Source: Catonella sp. (GTDB lineage Bacteria > Bacillota > Clostridia > Lachnospirales > Lachnospiraceae). From it: a DNA stretch of 64,000 nucleotides. Positions 59,747 to 64,000 of this stretch are shown one piece after another (within the stretch, counting starts at the first letter, position 1; each line of letters begins with the position of its first letter). The stretch covers positions 6,477 to 70,476 of the forward strand of contig NZ_JBQNBU010000001.1 of NCBI RefSeq assembly GCF_052169795.1, written 5' to 3'. The notes under the pieces are model-generated. The model ran no database searches. It worked only from the letters and a program-made list of their open reading frames with translations, and was not told the DNA's origin. A program made the translations under genes and the position numbers.

Positions 59747-60340
59747 ATGTGGGAAAGAGAAATATTTGACACAGACATTTATCATTTAGTCGGTGCATTT
59801 ATTGTCTACAGCATGCTGGGGTGGCTTGTGGAGTCGATTTATATGTCTTTCTGTAATAGAAAGATAACAAACAGGGGATTTGGAAAAGGGCCGTTTTGTC
59901 CGATTTATGGGGTCGGAGCTATGGTAGGATATATTATTTTAAGTCCGCTTAAAGGCAATTATCTGGGTATATATATTGCAGGAGCTATATCGGCTACTAT
60001 CTTTGAGTTCATAGTGGGAAAGCTGATGATAAAGTTCTTGGGTGCTCTTTGGTGGGATTATAATGAAAAACCGTTTAACTACAAGGGTATAATATGCCTT
60101 GAAAGTACAATTGCATGGGGATTTTATGCTCTGGGAATAGTATATTTTCTTCAAAATGCAGTATATGGACTGGTAGATCATATACATAGAGAACTTGGAG
60201 TTGTAATTATAAGTATTATATTCTTTATAGTCTTTATAGACTATATGATACAGTTTATAAAAGTTTTTGATATTGATCTTGAAGAGCAGAAGGATAAATT
60301 AGGTGAGCGGGTTAAATCGTTTAAATCAAGGTGGAGTTGA
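59747..60340 (+). CDS. Putative ABC-transporter-type membrane protein (CmpB-like)
   Basis: YSMLGWLVE, NRGF..GPFCPIYGVG, WWDY...FNYKG.ICL. Confidence 0.82.
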   Translation: MWEREIFDTDIYHLVGAFIVYSMLGWLVESIYMSFCNRKITNRGFGKGPFCPIYGVGAMVGYIILSPLKGNYLGIYIAGAISATIFEFIVGKLMIKFLGALWWDYNEKPFNYKGIICLESTIAWGFYALGIVYFLQNAVYGLVDHIHRELGVVIISIIFFIVFIDYMIQFIKVFDIDLEEQKDKLGERVKSFKSRWS

Positions 60341-60373
60341 GAAAAGGCTGTGCATTATATGCACGGCCTTTTC
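60341..60373. terminator. Bidirectional terminator
   Basis: GAAAAGGCTGTGCA-ttata-TGCACGGCCTTTTC. Confidence 0.8.
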
Positions 60374-60452
60374 TCTGAATGTTTAATTTTCCCGAGAATA
60401 TATAACCTGTATATTTGAAATACAGTTACAGATACTTGTCTGTTTATAAGAG

Positions 60453-61475
60453 CTATGAAAAATAGGAATCTAAGTAGGAAATTTCAGGATGAGTATATAT
60501 GGTTTCTCTTGGAGCATTAGGGTAATCCATACGGTAAAGTATCTGTAATGCAAGCCTTCTTCCCAAGTGTCTGGTATTTACATTTGCAGTGGTTATCTTA
60601 TCAGCAACATTTACATATTCCTTATTGCCGTCAAAACCCGTTAAAATAATAGGCTTTGGAAAACGCTCAGGATATTTTGATACATACATAGCAACAAATT
60701 GAGCCACATAGTCACTTACGCAGATGAAGGCATCAGGCATCTCTGAGATGGAATCAAGAAAAGCAAAAATTCGGCTCTGATAACTGGATATTCCTATGGT
60801 ATCTGTAAAGCAGATAGATGAATCGAAAGGAATATTGTGCTTGGTAAGGCTGTCAGTATAGCCGTAATATCGCTCTAAATTGGTTCTGGCATAATGGACA
60901 TCTCCGATGAAGCCTAATCTTTTGCACCCTTTTTTTACTACATCGTTAACGATTTCTGAGATAGAATTTCTTCCCTCTATAAGCATTAAATCGCAGCCCA
61001 AAATATTTTCTGTTATGGAAGGCACCGTGTCGAGGAAAAGCTTCGGTATATCAAGTTTGCTTATTCTTTTGATTATATGTTTATCGTAGAGGTTAAGTAC
61101 AATAATTCCGCCTATATCATCCCCTGTAAGGATTTCAGGAAGCTGAAAATTATCTTTATATGTACTCGGAATATATGTGTACATAAGATTGACATTGTGA
61201 GTTGAAAGTTCTTTGGCTATGCTATGTATTATGTCAGTCCAAAAAATGGAGGAATCCGGCCTTGAAACTACAAGAGAAACAGTTTTATATTTATTGATAT
61301 TTTCAGTTACAGCCGTAATTGCAGTAAGTCCATTATAGCCAAGTTTTGAAGCTGTTTCCAAGACATTATTCTTAAGTGTATCAGATACGCCGGGTTGACC
61401 GTTAAAAACTTTCCATACACTGACTCTGGAAACTCCCAAAGCATCTGCAACATCTTGCATCGTTACTTTACTCAT
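60453..61475 (-). CDS. LacI family transcriptional regulator
   Basis: MSKVTMQDVADALGVSRVSVWKVFN HTH; RLGFIGD, PDAFICVSD, LTGFD; divergent from the GH20 gene. Confidence 0.9.
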   Translation of the reverse strand: MSKVTMQDVADALGVSRVSVWKVFNGQPGVSDTLKNNVLETASKLGYNGLTAITAVTENINKYKTVSLVVSRPDSSIFWTDIIHSIAKELSTHNVNLMYTYIPSTYKDNFQLPEILTGDDIGGIIVLNLYDKHIIKRISKLDIPKLFLDTVPSITENILGCDLMLIEGRNSISEIVNDVVKKGCKRLGFIGDVHYARTNLERYYGYTDSLTKHNIPFDSSICFTDTIGISSYQSRIFAFLDSISEMPDAFICVSDYVAQFVAMYVSKYPERFPKPIILTGFDGNKEYVNVADKITTANVNTRHLGRRLALQILYRMDYPNAPRETIYTHPEISYLDSYFS

Positions 61476-61667
61476 ATAAATTCTGCCTTTCTTCATTAGC
61501 TAACAATGTTAATTGAATTATTAACTTATGTTAAGTATAATAAACTTAAGGAGTAATTGTCAATAAGAAATTTATCTGAAAAACACGGAAATTAAGATAA
61601 TTTCAGCTATCATGCATACAAGTAAATGAAATGTAAATTAAAAATATTAATTAATTAGAGAATAATG

Positions 61668-61696
61668 TTGCAAAAAAGTAAAATATATATTACTAT
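61668..61696 (+). promoter_or_regulatory. Promoter of the GH20 gene
   Basis: TTGCAA-17-TACTAT. Confidence 0.6.
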
Positions 61697-61724
61697 TCAT
61701 TTAGTAATATAAAAGAAATTTGTT

Positions 61725-61789
61725 AAGATGGTTAGCTTATATTGCCTATATGAAAGTTCACTTTCAATATAGGCAAATACAGCTAACCA
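61725..61789. repeat. Three-tiered hairpin repeat, copy B, in the GH20 5' UTR
   Basis: 63/65 identical to 32135-32199; ends 2 nt before the AAGGAG RBS. Confidence 0.9.
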
Positions 61790-61805
61790 GTAAGGAGAAT
61801 AGAAT

Positions 61806-63704
61806 ATGAATATTTTACCAAGACCTAAAAAATTAGTAGAAAATAATGGAGAATTTTTTGCAGAATCCGGAATGAGAATTGTTGCTGAAGCTGAGGAACT
61901 GAAAGTAAATACAGGCTGGGCTCTGCCTTTAATTCTTAAAAATGAATTAATGCGTTTTGCAGGTATAGAAGCAGATGTAACAGCCGGTACAGCAGGAAGA
62001 GGGGATATTAGCTTAAAGCTTGATGAGGCATTTGCAGAACAGGCATATTCTCTACACATAACTGAAGAAAAAATTGAGATTATAGGTAAAGACAGAGTGG
62101 GAGTAGGTTATGGAATACAGACTCTTTGCCAGATTATAAGGAGTAAAGGAGCTTTATTGCCATTAGTGAATATTGAAGATAAGCCAGATATTCCTGTAAG
62201 AGGCTTTTATATGGATCAGGCAAGAGGAAGAAGTTCAAAGCTTGAAACTCTGAAAAAACAGGTAGATATTCTTTCAAGATATAAGATAAACCAGTATCAG
62301 CTTTATATAGAACAGTCCTTTGCGTTTAAGGGAATGTCTGAAATGTGGAGAGAAGACAGCGTTATTACTCCTGAGGAAATAATGGAGTTAGATAAATATT
62401 GTAGAGACAGGGATATAGATTTTGTTCCTTCTATTGCAAGCTTTGGTCATCTCTATGAGCTGCTTAGGACTAAAAGCTATGAAGATATATGCGAACTTGA
62501 AAATGCTGCTGGTAAGCCGTTTTCTTTTATTGAGAAAATGCAGCATCATACTGTGAATGTAGCAGATGAGCGTTCTTTTGAAGTTGTAAAGAGAATGCTT
62601 GATGAATATTTGCCACTTTTTAGTTCTAGTCTTGTAAATATCTGTGCGGATGAAACCTTTGATTTGGGTAAGGGCAGGTCTAAAGAACTTGCAGATAAGA
62701 TAGGTACAAGCAGAATGTATATGGACTTCTTAAAGAAACTTTGTGAATATGTTGTCAGCAGAGGGAAAATACCGATGTTTTGGGGAGATATTATCCGCAA
62801 ATTCCCGGAATTTATAAAGGAACTTCCAAAAGAAACAATATGTATGGCTTGGGGCTATCTTCCTGACCAAAAAGATGACATTTGTAAACCTATTGCAGAA
62901 GTGGGAGCAAACTTGTATCTTTGTCCGGGGGTATGTGGTTGGAATAACCTTATGAATAGACTTGACAGAGCATATTCTAACATTAAAATAATGAGCGGAT
63001 ATTCAAAAAAATATAAAGCTGTTGGTCTGCTTAACACAGAATGGGGAGATTTTGGTCATGTAAATGATCCGTATTTTTCGATTCCCGGTATTATATACGG
63101 AGGAGTCTTTACTTGGAATATAGAAGCTTATTCGGGTGAAAATTCAATTGATAAAGAGAAGTTAAATAGAGAAATTTCAAGGATTGAATATAGTGATAGA
63201 ACTGAAACCTATGTAGGGCTTTTAGAAAAGGCAGCCATACATCAGATTTATGATTGGTGGGCTTGTGTGGTTGTATGTGAAGGCGTTGCAAAAGATGGTA
63301 GTTTTGATAAAAACAATATAGAACTTTCAGCTATCAATGATGAAATCAAATCTAGATTTATGGAAATTAAGCAAGGATTGTCAAATATTGAAGAGGTGAC
63401 TGCTGAACTTTATCAGATTAGAAAAAACTTAAGAAAAGCGGCAGTTTCTATGGATAGTACAGATAGGCTTGAGTTTGCTAAAGTAGATAATGCTATTGTG
63501 GGAATTGATTTATGGAACAGAATAGGAAAGGTAATGTTATCAGGAGAAAATGTTTATGCGAGTGATAAAAAAATGCTGGCGGAGGAGCTTGAAATCTGGT
63601 TTATGAAATATAAAGAGATATACAGGGCTTACTCTAAAGAAAGTATGATTAGCAGAGTTGCCAAAGTTGTATTCTGGTATGCTGACAGGCTTAGAGGAAT
63701 ATAA
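61806..63704 (+). CDS. GH20 beta-N-acetylhexosaminidase-like hydrolase (no signal peptide)
   Basis: ILPRPK, IEDKPDIPVRGFYMD..RG, FGH, NICADE catalytic DE pair, MFWGD, TEWGD. Confidence 0.9.
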   Translation: MNILPRPKKLVENNGEFFAESGMRIVAEAEELKVNTGWALPLILKNELMRFAGIEADVTAGTAGRGDISLKLDEAFAEQAYSLHITEEKIEIIGKDRVGVGYGIQTLCQIIRSKGALLPLVNIEDKPDIPVRGFYMDQARGRSSKLETLKKQVDILSRYKINQYQLYIEQSFAFKGMSEMWREDSVITPEEIMELDKYCRDRDIDFVPSIASFGHLYELLRTKSYEDICELENAAGKPFSFIEKMQHHTVNVADERSFEVVKRMLDEYLPLFSSSLVNICADETFDLGKGRSKELADKIGTSRMYMDFLKKLCEYVVSRGKIPMFWGDIIRKFPEFIKELPKETICMAWGYLPDQKDDICKPIAEVGANLYLCPGVCGWNNLMNRLDRAYSNIKIMSGYSKKYKAVGLLNTEWGDFGHVNDPYFSIPGIIYGGVFTWNIEAYSGENSIDKEKLNREISRIEYSDRTETYVGLLEKAAIHQIYDWWACVVVCEGVAKDGSFDKNNIELSAINDEIKSRFMEIKQGLSNIEEVTAELYQIRKNLRKAAVSMDSTDRLEFAKVDNAIVGIDLWNRIGKVMLSGENVYASDKKMLAEELEIWFMKYKEIYRAYSKESMISRVAKVVFWYADRLRGI

Positions 63705-63726
63705 AAATACAATAAAAAATAATTTT

Positions 63727-63769
63727 AAGCAAGGATTTTCAACTGTTATAGCTGGAACTCCTTGCTTTT
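63727..63769 (+). terminator. Intrinsic terminator after GH20
   Basis: AAGCAAGGA...TCCTTGCTTTT. Confidence 0.7.
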
Positions 63770-63924
63770 ATTTAACAGTAATTTTATAAAAATACATATT
63801 ATACAAAAAAATTAGTACAGTTAAGCTAACTAAAACTTCGGTAACTGTTAGTAAAGTTATACATGAACTATGTCTTTAATGTTAAAAATGATGTTTAATT
63901 AAAAACAAATTATTAATAAAAATG

Positions 63925-63953
63925 TTGCAAAATGTTAATTTATATGATAAAAT
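63925..63953 (+). promoter_or_regulatory. Promoter for a gene beyond the window
   Basis: TTGCAA-17-TAAAAT with TGn extension, overlapped by AATGTTAA repeats. Confidence 0.55.
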
Positions 63954-64000
63954 GTTAATCAGATGGAAAATGAATGGGAATTATTTAGAATAATTCTACA

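Noticed and set aside
301..63291. Numerous 60-290 aa antisense and alternative-frame ORFs in the track (e.g. 26090-26968, 8091-8681, 16650-17222, 30091-30714)
   Set aside because: They overlap well-supported genes, show no recognisable motifs and have the residue bias expected of shadow frames.
1..64000. In-frame UGA selenoprotein genes
   Set aside because: Candidate redox sites (YedF, DUF3343, ArsC-like, desulfurase) all encode Cys, and TGA-ending genes stop at their normal family C-termini. A bSECIS scan was not run.

Overview
64 kb of AT-rich, almost entirely + strand chromosome from a Clostridia/Lachnospiraceae-type bacterium (inferred from gene content and order). The backbone is core genome: tig-clpP-clpX-rarA, rimO-pgsA-cinA, cmk-ispH/rpsA fusion, cheR, plsX-acpP-rnc-smc-ftsY, ilvA, argS, ychF-lgt and a reduced dcw cluster (mraZ-rsmH-ftsL-like-pbp-mraY-ftsW-ftsQ-ftsZ) running straight into nrdR. 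Accessory content: a 5'-truncated two-catalytic-domain GH13 enzyme; a selenium cluster (class V desulfurase, yedF, DUF3343, tRNA-Sec) followed by a GT4 glycosyltransferase; a glycan locus (ABC transporter, GH18, GH29, LacI); and a LacI/GH20 pair. Elements the ORF track misses: (1) a dispersed three-tiered hairpin family with compensatory changes, four copies, two of them in tandem in the rnc leader; (2) a convergent type I toxin-antitoxin-like module (27-aa peptide plus antisense RNA) after ftsY; (3) a 1.65-kb integrase-less two-gene islet (HTH/ankyrin-like protein plus a very acidic microprotein) bounded by a perfect 45-bp direct repeat; (4) a candidate ~70-nt sRNA; (5) deletion or frameshift scars (glpP'-'tal chimera, NusG-II/Gx pair). 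No CRISPR array, rRNA, transposase or integrase was seen. All product calls come from motif recognition, not database searches.
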